Positions 1 to 10,008 of a DNA stretch of 64,000 bases are shown here, piece after piece. The notes below the pieces were generated by a model. It did not search any database and had not been told where the DNA came from. It was given only the letters and a program-made list of their open reading frames with translations. Each line of letters opens with the position of its first letter. Positions within the stretch are counted from its first letter, which is position 1. The position numbers and the translations under genes were made by a program. The DNA is from a virus (taxonomy: Duplodnaviria; Caudoviricetes), in the IMG/VR virus record IMGVR_UViG_3300001528_000580, positions 96,001 to 160,000 of that record; one strand, 5' to 3'.

Positions 1-18
1 GAATTTTTTAATGAATAA

Positions 19-507
19 TTGGAGAATATAATTATGCCAGCATTTATAAAAACACCAAAAGATGAAAAAATTTGGCAAGACGCTAGACAAAAAGTAGATG
101 ATGAATATGATTATTCTGAAAATGGAGATACATATTGGAAATTAGTTAATAGTATATATCATAAGATGAGAAAGAATGCTGAATTAGAAATAGCTTCTGA
201 ATTATTTGACAATATTAAAGATGATGATAAGATAAATACTTTACCTGATGATATTATTACCGAATTAAAACAAAGAAATTATATTGCCAAAGAAAAAGTA
301 TTAACTAATCAATCAGAGGAAATACTAAAAGGTGGCATTGATTTAATGTTAGATAATCTTGAATCATTATTTAAAGATTATCCAGAGTCATATAAAGAGT
401 TAGTAGATTACTGGAATACAAATGAGTTCAGAGTTGGCACTTTATATTTAATTGAAGATTTAGAAAATCCAAATAATATTACATTTAAAATATCATTACG
501 TTTTTAA
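19..507 (+). CDS. hypothetical phage protein (likely start ATG 34, MPAFIKTP...)
   Basis: ORF track; co-oriented with the next gene; shares ELxIASxLF motif with it. Confidence 0.75.
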   Translation: MENIIMPAFIKTPKDEKIWQDARQKVDDEYDYSENGDTYWKLVNSIYHKMRKNAELEIASELFDNIKDDDKINTLPDDIITELKQRNYIAKEKVLTNQSEEILKGGIDLMLDNLESLFKDYPESYKELVDYWNTNEFRVGTLYLIEDLENPNNITFKISLRF

Positions 508-525
508 GTATGAAAGGAATTTAAT

Positions 526-921
526 ATGAAAGTACATTTTAGTCAAAAAGAATTAAAAATAGCTTCTGGTTTATTTAATTGGATGAAAAAAGATAATAAT
601 AGTGAAAATGATATAAAAGTATTATATTATGCTATCCCAAATGAGTTTCAAGATTATGTAGAGAGAAATGGCTTAGACAAAGATATTGATGGAAGTACTT
701 TATTATTACATGAAAACAAAAAATCTGCTATTGCTTTTACAGAAGCTAATATGATTGATATTGATAATGAATATTCTGGTGAAGCGGTTGTTTTTGAAAT
801 TAAAACAAAAGATTTAGATATCAATAAATTAAAACCAAGCAGCAAATACAAACGTAGTTCCGATAGAATATTTGAATATACTGATAAAATACCATATAAT
901 AAATTAAAAGAAGTTAGATAA
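526..921 (+). CDS. putative ADP-ribosyltransferase-fold (KptA/Tpt1-like) protein, atypical active site
   Basis: pattern LYY..(usually LYHGT)..NGL..LLL..A..F..VVFEI..FEY..IP; AAGGAA RBS. Confidence 0.4.
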   Translation: MKVHFSQKELKIASGLFNWMKKDNNSENDIKVLYYAIPNEFQDYVERNGLDKDIDGSTLLLHENKKSAIAFTEANMIDIDNEYSGEAVVFEIKTKDLDINKLKPSSKYKRSSDRIFEYTDKIPYNKLKEVR

Positions 922-925
922 TTTT

Positions 926-961
926 AAAGGTGGTTTGGTAATATTATTAAACCACCTTTTT
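926..961. terminator. bidirectional intrinsic terminator
   Basis: AAAGGTGGTTT..AAACCACCTTT inverted repeat plus T run between convergent genes. Confidence 0.75.
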
Positions 962-978
962 AAATCTTCATAAATATA

Positions 979-1149
979 TTAAAAACAAACTTTATTCCAA
1001 TATTCTATCATATCTTTTAGTTCATTTATATAAAATGAAATAATTTTAATCATTACTTCATCTTTATTATCCATAGCAGATTTTAATTTATTTTCTTGTT
1101 CACTTAATCTTTCAGTTAAAAAATATAATATTTCACTATTTGTTTCCAT
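979..1149 (-). CDS. small hypothetical protein (56 aa, METNSEILYF...)
   Basis: read by hand; below the ORF-track cutoff; AAGGA upstream. Confidence 0.65.
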   Translation of the reverse strand: METNSEILYFLTERLSEQENKLKSAMDNKDEVMIKIISFYINELKDMIEYWNKVCF

Positions 1150-1152
1150 AAT

Positions 1153-1386
1153 TTAATCCTTCTTTCTCATGACAACCCAATCAAAAAATATTCCATAATG
1201 AATATCACCAATAGGTTCGTATTGATCAGGAGATAACCTATCAAGTTCATTCATAATATCTATTAATTCATCAAGACGTGTTCTTAACAATAATATATAT
1301 TTGTTTCCAACACGTTTTTTTAATTCTTTTTTACTTAACAATAACATTATTCTCTTCCAATTTTTTATCAATATTATCTTTATCAA
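1153..1386 (-). CDS. hypothetical protein (start uncertain)
   Basis: ORF track; operon packing. Confidence 0.6.
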   Translation of the reverse strand: MIKIILIKNWKRIMLLLSKKELKKRVGNKYILLLRTRLDELIDIMNELDRLSPDQYEPIGDIHYGIFFDWVVMRKKD

Positions 1387-1666
1387 TTAAAAGATTGGCA
1401 ATAATGTTACCAAACAATAAGATGATATGTTCTAATATTTTATATATTCCATAAAACACTGACAAAACTAATATAACAATTGATGCTAAAACAATTGTTA
1501 TAATAAAACATGGGTAAAATAATAAGATAGTAAAAAACATAGAACCTAATTCTATTCTATTATTAATATCAATTCTATTTCTTAATGGTTTGACATGTTT
1601 TATTAATGTAAACCATACAATATTAATAACTAACCCAATCAGAAGATAAATAATAACAAAGTTCAT
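1331..1666 (-). CDS. membrane protein
   Basis: several hydrophobic segments; RBS. Confidence 0.7.
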   Translation of the reverse strand: MNFVIIYLLIGLVINIVWFTLIKHVKPLRNRIDINNRIELGSMFFTILLFYPCFIITIVLASIVILVLSVFYGIYKILEHIILLFGNIIANLLIDKDNIDKKLEENNVIVK

Positions 1667-1667
1667 T

Positions 1668-1871
1668 TTATTCTCCCTTGTACATTTGTTCTAACATTTT
1701 ATATTTATATTCCAATTCCATATCTTTGGCTTTATAAACATATTTATCATTTAAACAACAAGAGTGAAAAAGACATATAACGAGTAAAAGCCATGCAACA
1801 AACCAAAATATTTTCCATAAATTCTTAACAAAATTATCACCAATCTCAATACAAATTATCTTTTTATCCAT
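1668..1871 (-). CDS. small membrane protein
   Basis: one TM-like segment; tight packing. Confidence 0.65.
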   Translation of the reverse strand: MDKKIICIEIGDNFVKNLWKIFWFVAWLLLVICLFHSCCLNDKYVYKAKDMELEYKYKMLEQMYKGE

Positions 1872-2094
1872 TTTCTTTCCTCAATATATTTCTTATATGA
1901 AATGTTTTGATATTATTACTTTTATCTTTGTAACAACTCAACTTATACAATTTTCCTGTATAAGAAAATGTAGTAGAATATCCATTCCAAATTATCATGA
2001 AATATTTTATTTGTTCTCCTTGACAAACAAAATGATCACGAACAATCGTAATTTGAAACATTGATATTAAAAATTGTTTTATTGCTTTAAACAT
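1864..2094 (-). CDS. hypothetical protein
   Basis: ORF track; operon packing. Confidence 0.65.
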   Translation of the reverse strand: MFKAIKQFLISMFQITIVRDHFVCQGEQIKYFMIIWNGYSTTFSYTGKLYKLSCYKDKSNNIKTFHIRNILRKENG

Positions 2095-2297
2095 AATTCC
2101 GAATCTTTAAGAACACTGAAATTTCCTATCTTACTTTTCTTCTTTATCATCATAAATAAACTATCAGCTTCTTTTGTTAAGTTTTTTATTTCTTTATTAG
2201 CTTTTATAGTATCTTCTACTGATAAATTAGGTAGAGTATTCTTGATTTCCTTTATCTTTTTATGTATACTAATATATTCTTCTATACTACTCTGCAT
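2079..2297 (-). CDS. hypothetical coiled-coil protein
   Basis: AAGGA RBS; first gene after the promoter at 2328-2356. Confidence 0.65.
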   Translation of the reverse strand: MQSSIEEYISIHKKIKEIKNTLPNLSVEDTIKANKEIKNLTKEADSLFMMIKKKSKIGNFSVLKDSELCLKQ

Positions 2298-2327
2298 TCC
2301 TTATGCCTTATTCTTTTTCATTATAGT

Positions 2328-2397
2328 AATATACACTTTATTTTGATTTTTTCAAGTCCAAGTACTTGATTTTTTAAAAAATTGGTGTATGTTATAT
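2328..2397. promoter_or_regulatory. back-to-back divergent early promoters
   Basis: minus strand TTGAAA-16-(GTG)TATATT; plus strand TTGATT-16-(GGTG)TATGTT. Confidence 0.75.
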
Positions 2398-2418
2398 ATA
2401 TTAAAAAAGGAATATATC

Positions 2419-2877
2419 ATGAGCAAGAAAATTAATACAACTTTTACACAATATCGATGCACAGAATGCGGAAATGTATATTCCTCTGAATGGCAAGCAA
2501 ACGAATGCGAACAAAAAGATATTTTCAAAAGAAATGTAACTCCAAAGTTCAATACTACCGATCATGTTATTTATGATAACAACAGTAAGGCTATTGGAGT
2601 TATTGTATCTTATTGTCCTGATTTTTATTTCAAAGATATTTTGAATAAAAGAGAACAAAAGTCAATTGAATATTGTTACAAAATAAAAACAAATGGTAAT
2701 ATGATGATGGATTGTTTTGAATCAGAACTTGTATTATTCAAAACAAAAAATGATATTATCGAAGAAGGAAAAAGAATTAAACAACTTGCAAATGATATTC
2801 ATGTTGATGGTATGAAAGTATATCATCAATGGGATCAAAAACAATGTAAGTGGATTATTATTATCGAAGAAATTTAA
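2419..2877 (+). CDS. zinc-finger protein (CTECG..Y..A.EC), related to 31859..32497
   Basis: AAGGAA RBS before ATG 2419; CxxC motif. Confidence 0.75.
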   Translation: MSKKINTTFTQYRCTECGNVYSSEWQANECEQKDIFKRNVTPKFNTTDHVIYDNNSKAIGVIVSYCPDFYFKDILNKREQKSIEYCYKIKTNGNMMMDCFESELVLFKTKNDIIEEGKRIKQLANDIHVDGMKVYHQWDQKQCKWIIIIEEI

Positions 2878-2944
2878 AAAAGAAAGGAATATATTATGAA
2901 TGCTTTTGATGATGTTACATGGTAAGAAAGGAGATTAATATAAA

Positions 2945-3133
2945 ATGATTCTTGGATATATTTATGGTGGATTAATTACCACTATACTTTTTGCTTTCAT
3001 TCTCACAATAAATAATTCATGGAATAAATATAAAAAAGATAAATTAATTAAAATTTTTATGTTTATATTTATCTTCTGGATATTTGTTATTCCATTTATG
3101 TTTATCTGTTTAATTAAAAATACCACAAAATAA
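2945..3133 (+). CDS. small membrane protein
   Basis: two hydrophobic helices; AAGGAG RBS. Confidence 0.65.
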   Translation: MILGYIYGGLITTILFAFILTINNSWNKYKKDKLIKIFMFIFIFWIFVIPFMFICLIKNTTK

Positions 3134-3179
3134 TAAAAATAATTTTTAGGAACTTTATTAGTTCCTTTTTTGTTATCAT

Positions 3180-3640
3180 AATATGCCTTTAATTTAATTC
3201 TTTGGCACTTCTCATTGCGATTATATTATTTTACAAGTAAATATACTCACACAAACTATATCGTTGTTCTATGGCGTTGTATTTTAATTATATTATTATC
3301 GATAATAATATATATTTATTCTTGTAAAAACAAAATAAAAAATATTATTCTATTATTATATCTAATAAAATATAATAACAAAACAATATTCACAAAGATT
3401 TATTCGCAAAATTATTTCTAAACTATATTTTCGCACAATATATAGCACAAAAATCAGTCGCAATTTATTTCTAACTACGTATTCATAATATAAAACGCAC
3501 AATATCTATGAAACAATTCGTTTCAATATAAATACAATCATCTATTGTAATGTTTTGTGCGAAAATTATTAATAGATTAGATAAATATCTACGAAAATTA
3601 TCAAAAAGATTAAAAAATAAGATGAATATCTAATCTTTTC
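3180..3640. repeat. AT-rich non-coding region with degenerate short repeats
   Basis: TCGCAA(A/T)TTATTTCTAA x2, CGCACAATAT x2 plus a partial inverted copy, CGAAAATTAT..AGATTA x2. Confidence 0.5.
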
Positions 3641-3642
3641 TC

Positions 3643-3738
3643 AAAATGTGTCGCCTAATCTATAAAATTTTCAATTCTAAATCTAATCTGCTGCCGCCAG
3701 TCAAAAATTTTTTTAGATTTTTTGGATTTTGGAAAATC
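3643..3738. repeat. 96-bp dispersed repeat, copy 1
   Basis: AAAATGTGTCGCCTAATC...AAAATTTTTTTAGATTTTTTGGATTTT; matches 10399..10494. Confidence 0.75.
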
Positions 3739-3985
3739 AGATTTTTTGGAAATTCCTAGCTGTATTATTTTTATTTTTTATAATAGTTCTTACAATCTGT
3801 TGATATGCCCAATTATATTTTTCTGGTGACATTTTTTCAATACCACCTTCATATAATCTTAGAAAAAATTGTTTTTGTTTATCTGTTAATTTAGAATATA
3901 CATTTATCAATTCTTTCTTTTTAAAATCATTCGCCAAATCTTCTAAAGAGGCAAATGAATATTCTTTCATATTATATATTTTCAT
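3737..3985 (-). CDS. hypothetical protein
   Basis: ORF track; operon packing. Confidence 0.7.
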   Translation of the reverse strand: MKIYNMKEYSFASLEDLANDFKKKELINVYSKLTDKQKQFFLRLYEGGIEKMSPEKYNWAYQQIVRTIIKNKNNTARNFQKI

Positions 3986-3987
3986 TT

Positions 3988-4170
3988 TTATTCCACCACC
4001 AAAGGAGCAGCATTTAAATCTACTCTACGAATTGTACTAATAGAAGTAATAACGCCAAGCTCTTCAAGTTTTATATCATCTATTGGATGAATGAAAACAG
4101 GTCTTGTTTTATCTTCTATTTTATTTAACTTATCAATTAATTCCTGAACAGTAATAATTTTTCTATTCAT
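3988..4170 (-). CDS. hypothetical phage protein (TVxELIxKL N-terminus)
   Basis: common small phage protein start motif; RBS. Confidence 0.7.
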   Translation of the reverse strand: MNRKIITVQELIDKLNKIEDKTRPVFIHPIDDIKLEELGVITSISTIRRVDLNAAPLVVE

Positions 4171-4192
4171 CTTCTTCCTTTCTACAATGTTT

Positions 4193-4504
4193 TTATTTCA
4201 TCAATATTTTATTATTAAACATAATTAATTTAGTTTTAAAATCAGGTTGAACAAATGTTTTTTTATTTTTATCTAAATTCAATTGTTTTATAACATTATA
4301 AATATATCCAGTACATTGTATGCACTTATCTATAATTTTCTTATCCCAATCTGTTGTTTCGATAATGATAGTATCAACATTAAGTTCTTTGAAACGTACT
4401 TGATATTTTTTCATATCATCTAAATCATTACCTATTGAAAGTATAGTTGCTTTAATAGGTAATTTTTCATGAATATCAATTAATGTAAATTGTCTTTTAT
4501 TCAT
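4193..4504 (-). CDS. hypothetical protein
   Basis: ORF track; RBS. Confidence 0.7.
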   Translation of the reverse strand: MNKRQFTLIDIHEKLPIKATILSIGNDLDDMKKYQVRFKELNVDTIIIETTDWDKKIIDKCIQCTGYIYNVIKQLNLDKNKKTFVQPDFKTKLIMFNNKILMK

Positions 4505-4506
4505 AT

Positions 4507-5085
4507 CTAAATTCCTTGATTTAACAAACGTTTATTTCTTATTGCAATACTTCTTTTCTTATCGCAAAATTCACAATATTTTTTGTGATAAGTAGACATA
4601 GGATGTAACGAAAAAATTTGTCTCATAATTGGAATTGAAATTCCTTGTTTATTCATTTTCTTAAAATCAAAATAATATTTCTGCCATCCCCAATCTTCGT
4701 GTTCATAATCTACATCAACATATTCTATTTTGCCATCATGTTTATTGATAGCATAATAATATTCTACTTTATTAAAAAGATGAGGATAATGTTTATATAA
4801 CCATTTGACTTGTTTCTTTGTCATTGTTTTGTTATATTCTTCAATCTTCTTCAAACGCTTTTTATTTTGTACTCTATATTGAATAGCGTTCTGTTCTCTT
4901 ATATTATCTTGTTTTTGTTTTTCTTTATTTTCAAGCTCTGTAAGTTTTGCAACTAATTCAGCTCTTTCAATTTTTCCTTCTTTAGAACGAGGATCATGTT
5001 TCGGAAATTGATTATACTTTTGCATAAGTCTTAATCCTCTACGTATTTCACGCCTATACAACACATCTTCCGAAACGTTACTCAT
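4507..5085 (-). CDS. hypothetical basic protein
   Basis: ORF track; RBS. Confidence 0.75.
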   Translation of the reverse strand: MSNVSEDVLYRREIRRGLRLMQKYNQFPKHDPRSKEGKIERAELVAKLTELENKEKQKQDNIREQNAIQYRVQNKKRLKKIEEYNKTMTKKQVKWLYKHYPHLFNKVEYYYAINKHDGKIEYVDVDYEHEDWGWQKYYFDFKKMNKQGISIPIMRQIFSLHPMSTYHKKYCEFCDKKRSIAIRNKRLLNQGI

Positions 5086-5087
5086 TT

Positions 5088-5420
5088 TTAAACCTCAACT
5101 AATTTATAATTTATTTCAACTTGACAACATTTATTTTTGTCAATTAAATTATCTATATTATTAAAGAAATTTACTAAATCTTCTAAACTAACAACATGAA
5201 ATTGATCGCCTATTTCTTTTCTATCTATTGACAATATACTAAAATTAGCTATTTTAATATTATTTTTAAAAAAGTCATTTTTTTCTTGTTCTGAATCAAA
5301 TTTAATATGTTGGTTTTGTTCTAAAAATCTTTCAATATTTATTTTTCTAAATTCATCTTTATCTTGTACATTTGTACTCGAATGTCCGACACTTTTTACA
5401 AGTTTTAAAAATACACTCAT
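5088..5420 (-). CDS. hypothetical protein, tandem paralog of 5423..5752
   Basis: shared DEF..IN.ER.L..N.HIK.DSEQ..NDF.KNNIK..NFSI block. Confidence 0.8.
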   Translation of the reverse strand: MSVFLKLVKSVGHSSTNVQDKDEFRKINIERFLEQNQHIKFDSEQEKNDFFKNNIKIANFSILSIDRKEIGDQFHVVSLEDLVNFFNNIDNLIDKNKCCQVEINYKLVEV

Positions 5421-5422
5421 TT

Positions 5423-5752
5423 TTAATCTTTTCTTTTAATAATTAGTTTGTAATATATTGACATGTGATCACTTTTATATTTACTAATCAAATCTTCTAT
5501 ATTAAATAAATTTATCAAATCTGCAAAACTAATAATATTAAATTCATTGGTTATATCTTTTTTATCCATTGTTTGTATACTAAAATTAGTTACTTTAATA
5601 TTATTTTTAATAAAATCATTTTCATCTTGCTCTGAATCTAATTTAATATGTGGATTTATTTTTAAAAGTCTTTCTAAATTGATATTTTTAAATTCATCGT
5701 CATTCTCTAATGTTTTATTTGGATAACCATTATTTGTTAATATTTTTATCAT
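5423..5752 (-). CDS. hypothetical protein, tandem paralog of 5088..5420
   Basis: same shared block as 5088..5420. Confidence 0.8.
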   Translation of the reverse strand: MIKILTNNGYPNKTLENDDEFKNINLERLLKINPHIKLDSEQDENDFIKNNIKVTNFSIQTMDKKDITNEFNIISFADLINLFNIEDLISKYKSDHMSIYYKLIIKRKD

Positions 5753-5753
5753 T

Positions 5754-6092
5754 TTATATTTTCTTATATCTAGTTACAGTTACTTCATATGGTTCAACTT
5801 CTTCGAGATCTTTAATAGTAAAATGAAATCCCAAATCTTCTGCACTATCACCACCATCACTTTTTGATTTTAAATATGGGAAACTAAAATGTTTATCTCC
5901 AAATTTATATATTGCTTCATATAAGAAGTACCAACGATGTTCATCTTCATTTTGTAAACAAATTGGTGTTTCTTCTTTGATACATTCCAACAATATATCT
6001 TCTGATAGGTTATTATTATACTTTTTTGTAAACTCTGGATCAATTTTAGAATAGTATTGGTTTAAATAATTTATTTTTTCTTCATTTGTCAT
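5754..6092 (-). CDS. hypothetical phage protein
   Basis: ORF track; EHRW..EVEP.EVTVT.Y motif typical of phage hypotheticals. Confidence 0.75.
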   Translation of the reverse strand: MTNEEKINYLNQYYSKIDPEFTKKYNNNLSEDILLECIKEETPICLQNEDEHRWYFLYEAIYKFGDKHFSFPYLKSKSDGGDSAEDLGFHFTIKDLEEVEPYEVTVTRYKKI

Positions 6093-6103
6093 CTTTTATT
6101 TCC

Positions 6104-6613
6104 TTATAAATTATAATCTTTTTTATTTTGTTCAGCACATTCTTTACAAATTCTTGACAACCATCCTTTGGTTGTTACAATAGGATTGTTTTTATCATTA
6201 TCATGACCACATATTTCACATTTATAATAACAATCATGAGCTGTTTTTCTATATAGATCAATGTATATTTTATGAACCATATCTATAACATTCTTCTGCT
6301 CATCAGTTAATTTTAATTCTTTACCTTCTGTAACAGAATATCTTATTGTTTCATATATAGTTAGTTCAGCAAATTTTTCTTTAATCTGCAATGCTGTTAA
6401 TTTAGCATCTGTTTTATAATCAGTTAATACTTTATTAAGAAATGCAGTTTTTTCAGCTAGTTTTGCTAACGGCATAAACCAACCATCTCCACATTCGCAA
6501 CCCCAATACATACAAGTATCCATTTGATCCTTTTTCTTATTTTTACATGCAATTAAATCTTCATAAAAAATAGGATCAATTTCACATAATTCATTTTCTA
6601 GTTCTTTTCTCAT
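6104..6613 (-). CDS. conserved phage protein with Zn ribbon (CGDGW..QIKEKF..CEICG..GW..C)
   Basis: motif recognition; AGGAG RBS. Confidence 0.8.
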   Translation of the reverse strand: MRKELENELCEIDPIFYEDLIACKNKKKDQMDTCMYWGCECGDGWFMPLAKLAEKTAFLNKVLTDYKTDAKLTALQIKEKFAELTIYETIRYSVTEGKELKLTDEQKNVIDMVHKIYIDLYRKTAHDCYYKCEICGHDNDKNNPIVTTKGWLSRICKECAEQNKKDYNL

Positions 6614-6625
6614 TTTATAATCTCC

Positions 6626-6919
6626 TTATAAGCAACCACCGCAACAACCATGAGTTATGTTTTCATTTGCTAATTCTTCAATTTTTTCAATATCTTCAAC
6701 TGTTAAGTTTAATTTTTGTCTTTCTTTATTATCTAAATTAAACTCCCAACTACCTTCTTCAACATGTGAATCTTGATAATCGTTAGTGAAATAACACGAA
6801 CCGTTGCTTGATAAACAACTATTAAATTTGATTTCTTTACCGTCTATTTTAACAATTAATGTTCCGCTACATAAGTTTGGATAATGACCATCATAACTAA
6901 CAAATTCTATTTTTTTCAT
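6626..6919 (-). CDS. hypothetical phage protein (YPNLCSG...CCGGC)
   Basis: motif; RBS. Confidence 0.75.
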   Translation of the reverse strand: MKKIEFVSYDGHYPNLCSGTLIVKIDGKEIKFNSCLSSNGSCYFTNDYQDSHVEEGSWEFNLDNKERQKLNLTVEDIEKIEELANENITHGCCGGCL

Positions 6920-6921
6920 AT

Positions 6922-7146
6922 TTAATCTTCCTTATATTTCAAATGTATATTCCCTTCAAATTGATTTTCAATCTTTAATTCATTACAAACAAGTTGTAAC
7001 ATTAAATAATCATATTGACCTTCAAATTCATCTTTGAAATGAGCATTAACAACTTCTCTTGGTAAATTTTCTACATTACCAACATTTTCGATCCATTTTA
7101 ATAGAAATCCTTTGATTTGATTATACGTTGCTTTACAATCATTCAT
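6922..7146 (-). CDS. hypothetical protein
   Basis: ORF track. Confidence 0.65.
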   Translation of the reverse strand: MNDCKATYNQIKGFLLKWIENVGNVENLPREVVNAHFKDEFEGQYDYLMLQLVCNELKIENQFEGNIHLKYKED

Positions 7147-7171
7147 TTTCTTCTATTCTTCCTTCTGTTTT

Positions 7172-7699
7172 TTATCTACTATATTTTCTGATTGCTTCAT
7201 TAATTTTATTTTTATTATATTTATCTAACTCACCTTCATAAAATACGGTTGCATCTTGTTTGTTTTCAAACAACTCATTAATTTGTACCTCTATGGTATA
7301 ATATCTTGTTTGTTTTCCCCAATGTTCACTTTCATTTCTAAATTCAATAAGTTTATTATCTCCATTGATTTTTAATATATTTACAATTCTTGGAAGACAA
7401 GGTTTGTTATTGATAAATCTAACCCAATATTTCTTTTCTAATATATTAATAGGAAAAATTTTATCCGATCCATGATGAAATCCTCTATATGAATCAAACC
7501 AAGTTGTAATAGCATAATCATATTTATTGTTATTAATTGTTTTTCTAATATGATCTACTCTTTTAGTACTTTGAAACCAGTCGTCTGCTTTTTCAACTTT
7601 TACAATTTGATCATCTTTGAAATAGACAAATGCGTATCCAAATTTATATTCTTGTTCTTTAGTCAATTCAATTTTTTCATAATAAGTTCTGATATACAT
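7172..7699 (-). CDS. hypothetical protein
   Basis: ORF track; AGGAG RBS. Confidence 0.75.
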   Translation of the reverse strand: MYIRTYYEKIELTKEQEYKFGYAFVYFKDDQIVKVEKADDWFQSTKRVDHIRKTINNNKYDYAITTWFDSYRGFHHGSDKIFPINILEKKYWVRFINNKPCLPRIVNILKINGDNKLIEFRNESEHWGKQTRYYTIEVQINELFENKQDATVFYEGELDKYNKNKINEAIRKYSR

Positions 7700-7721
7700 T
7701 TGTTTATCTCCTGTTAATTAT

Positions 7722-8003
7722 TTAATCAATAAGCCACGGCATAGTTAGAAAACAAAATACATAAAATACACATAGATTTATTCTATGTATTACACTTGAT
7801 CTATCATTATATTTGAAAATACCATATAAAATTCCTGAATATATCATAAATAAAATAATTGCAGGAGAAAGAAACAAAAATATGGTTATATGTAACCAAA
7901 ATCTGATAAATATAATATTAATCCACAAAAAATCATGTCTCGTTAGAAATGATTCTGCTCTCATTGCAATTTTTTCAACTGTTTCCATTAATATTCCTTT
8001 CAA
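7722..8003 (-). CDS. membrane protein
   Basis: hydrophobic segments. Confidence 0.65.
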   Translation of the reverse strand: MKGILMETVEKIAMRAESFLTRHDFLWINIIFIRFWLHITIFLFLSPAIILFMIYSGILYGIFKYNDRSSVIHRINLCVFYVFCFLTMPWLID

Positions 8004-8587
8004 AAATTTAACTCTTCATCTATTGAGTTTTTAATTAAATCTTTTTCATTTATTGTTTTAAATAATTTATGGCAATCAAAACAATAATAATCAGAAATTA
8101 TTACTCTTCCATAATCGCCATTAATTTCTTTTGATTCTATATGCTGAATCTTTCTATATTTACAATATGGACAAAAAGCATTTTCTTCTATCCTGATTGC
8201 TTTAATATCATATGGTGTAAAAGATGGATAAGCATATTCCTTATATGATTCCACACACCATTTAGCATGTTTAATCATCACATCTGTTTTACTAAATCCA
8301 CAACATTCAAGTTCAAAAAATGCTCTTTTCCAAGCATCTTTTTCCATCAAGTAAATAGATGCTAATTGAATATCTTGTTTAAATTGTTGAATATGACCAT
8401 ATTCATGAAGAAAAGATATTAACATTATCTCATGATTGTCATATACACCAACATCAATCTGTTTTCTATTACAAGAACTAAAATTGATATATTCTTTTTC
8501 TTCTCTGTTATGAAATACTATTTGTATTTTATTAGAGAATCTATCAATAATAAATTGTTTAACTTCTGTAATAGAGTTTAAGTTCAT
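8000..8587 (-). CDS. zincin-like metallopeptidase domain plus C-terminal Zn ribbon
   Basis: LHEYGH..E.DAW motif; CPYC...CFDC. Confidence 0.6.
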   Translation of the reverse strand: MNLNSITEVKQFIIDRFSNKIQIVFHNREEKEYINFSSCNRKQIDVGVYDNHEIMLISFLHEYGHIQQFKQDIQLASIYLMEKDAWKRAFFELECCGFSKTDVMIKHAKWCVESYKEYAYPSFTPYDIKAIRIEENAFCPYCKYRKIQHIESKEINGDYGRVIISDYYCFDCHKLFKTINEKDLIKNSIDEELNF

Positions 8588-9069
8588 TTTACAATCTCAC
8601 CACCATAATAATATTCCCTGTTTTCATGGAAATTTTTAGAATCAAAAGTTTCATGCCCAACAATGATCCTAGAATTATTGCTATATTTTTTGCATTTAAC
8701 TTTGTAAATAGTATATCTTCCAGTTCTTGAATATTGTGAAGCAACAGTGCAATGTTCAGTATGATATTTTTTCCGTTCTTGTGCTTCTTCGATAGTTTTA
8801 AAAATTCCTTCAATGAAATTTTCATAACTACAGCAAGTACATCCAGTGCTACCATGAATAAGATAAGCATCAAATTCTTCACATGTGATATTGCTTGATT
8901 TATTATATTTATTAATAAATTCATTCAAATTTAACAAATCATCTTCACCAAAGTTTTCTTCAAATTTGTAATCACATTCTTTACAAAAAATAGAACCATC
9001 ACCTTCACTATATGAAGAGTATGCTCCAACAAAAATTTTATCACTTTCGCATTTAGGACATTTGATCAT
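8584..9069 (-). CDS. Zn-ribbon hypothetical protein
   Basis: CPKC..CKEC, GCTCC; AAGGAG RBS. Confidence 0.75.
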   Translation of the reverse strand: MIKCPKCESDKIFVGAYSSYSEGDGSIFCKECDYKFEENFGEDDLLNLNEFINKYNKSSNITCEEFDAYLIHGSTGCTCCSYENFIEGIFKTIEEAQERKKYHTEHCTVASQYSRTGRYTIYKVKCKKYSNNSRIIVGHETFDSKNFHENREYYYGGEIVK

Positions 9070-9084
9070 TTTTCATACTCCTTT

Positions 9085-9543
9085 TTATTTGCCATGAAAA
9101 ATCCAATGAATATTATCATTACTAATCTCTGATGAATGTTCTTCATATTCCATGTAATCAAAAAGAGTATCAACAGCGATTGACATAGGATCATAACAGA
9201 ATTTTTGTTGTGTAAAATACATGAAGAAATAACCTTTGTTTAAATATTCCTTCACAATATTGTTAACTTCTTCTGTATAAAAAAATGCTGACATATCTTT
9301 AGAAATTTCTTTAAAATTTTCCTCATTATAGAGTTTATAATAAAGAAAATAACCTTTACCAATAGTATTTGGTTTAAGGATAATGTTAATTTCAGCAAGT
9401 TTTTCAATCATAGTTTTAAAATTATTGAAAGCATTGATATCTTTAAATGCAATCAATGATTTGATGTCATGATTTTTCCACCATTCTTTTACTTCATCAT
9501 TGATTAATGCTGTGCTTTCAACATTGATAAAATGTATAAACAT
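9085..9543 (-). CDS. hypothetical protein
   Basis: ORF track; AAGGAG RBS. Confidence 0.75.
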   Translation of the reverse strand: MFIHFINVESTALINDEVKEWWKNHDIKSLIAFKDINAFNNFKTMIEKLAEINIILKPNTIGKGYFLYYKLYNEENFKEISKDMSAFFYTEEVNNIVKEYLNKGYFFMYFTQQKFCYDPMSIAVDTLFDYMEYEEHSSEISNDNIHWIFHGK

Positions 9544-9561
9544 TTTGAATACTCCTTGTTT

Positions 9562-9936
9562 CTAAAATACATTATCATTTAAAATTAATCTGAAACATCT
9601 ACCATCTTTTGTTTTCATATATGGACTAGTTTTATTAATTTTATAATAAAACCAATCATATTCACATTCAATATCTTCATGATATGTAGCAAAATAATGT
9701 CTAAAATAATTTTGAACAATCTTACCAGAAGAATATTTCTTAATATGTTCCAATGTACTTTCATTGTAACCAATATTATAAACTGTCATTAAAATCTTGA
9801 CAAGTTCTTCATCATTTTTAAATACATTAGTTTGAATAACTTTATTTGATTTTAAATTATCAACTTCAATAATAACGCCTTCAACATAATCTTCTTTATT
9901 TTTCTTGAAGTTTTTCAGAAAATTTTTGAAATTCAT
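9562..9936 (-). CDS. hypothetical protein
   Basis: first gene after the promoter at 9976. Confidence 0.75.
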   Translation of the reverse strand: MNFKNFLKNFKKNKEDYVEGVIIEVDNLKSNKVIQTNVFKNDEELVKILMTVYNIGYNESTLEHIKKYSSGKIVQNYFRHYFATYHEDIECEYDWFYYKINKTSPYMKTKDGRCFRLILNDNVF

Positions 9937-9975
9937 TTTGAATGTTCCTTATTCAATATTTCTTTTCTTCCTACT

Positions 9976-10008
9976 ATATACTATACACCATTTTTACTAA
10001 AAAACAAG
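9976..10008 (-). promoter_or_regulatory. early promoter
   Basis: TTGTTT-16-(TGGTG)TATAGT. Confidence 0.7.

Noticed and set aside
3215-3421. 68-aa ORF in the AT-rich zone
   Set aside because: TTG start, no RBS, compositionally biased translation.
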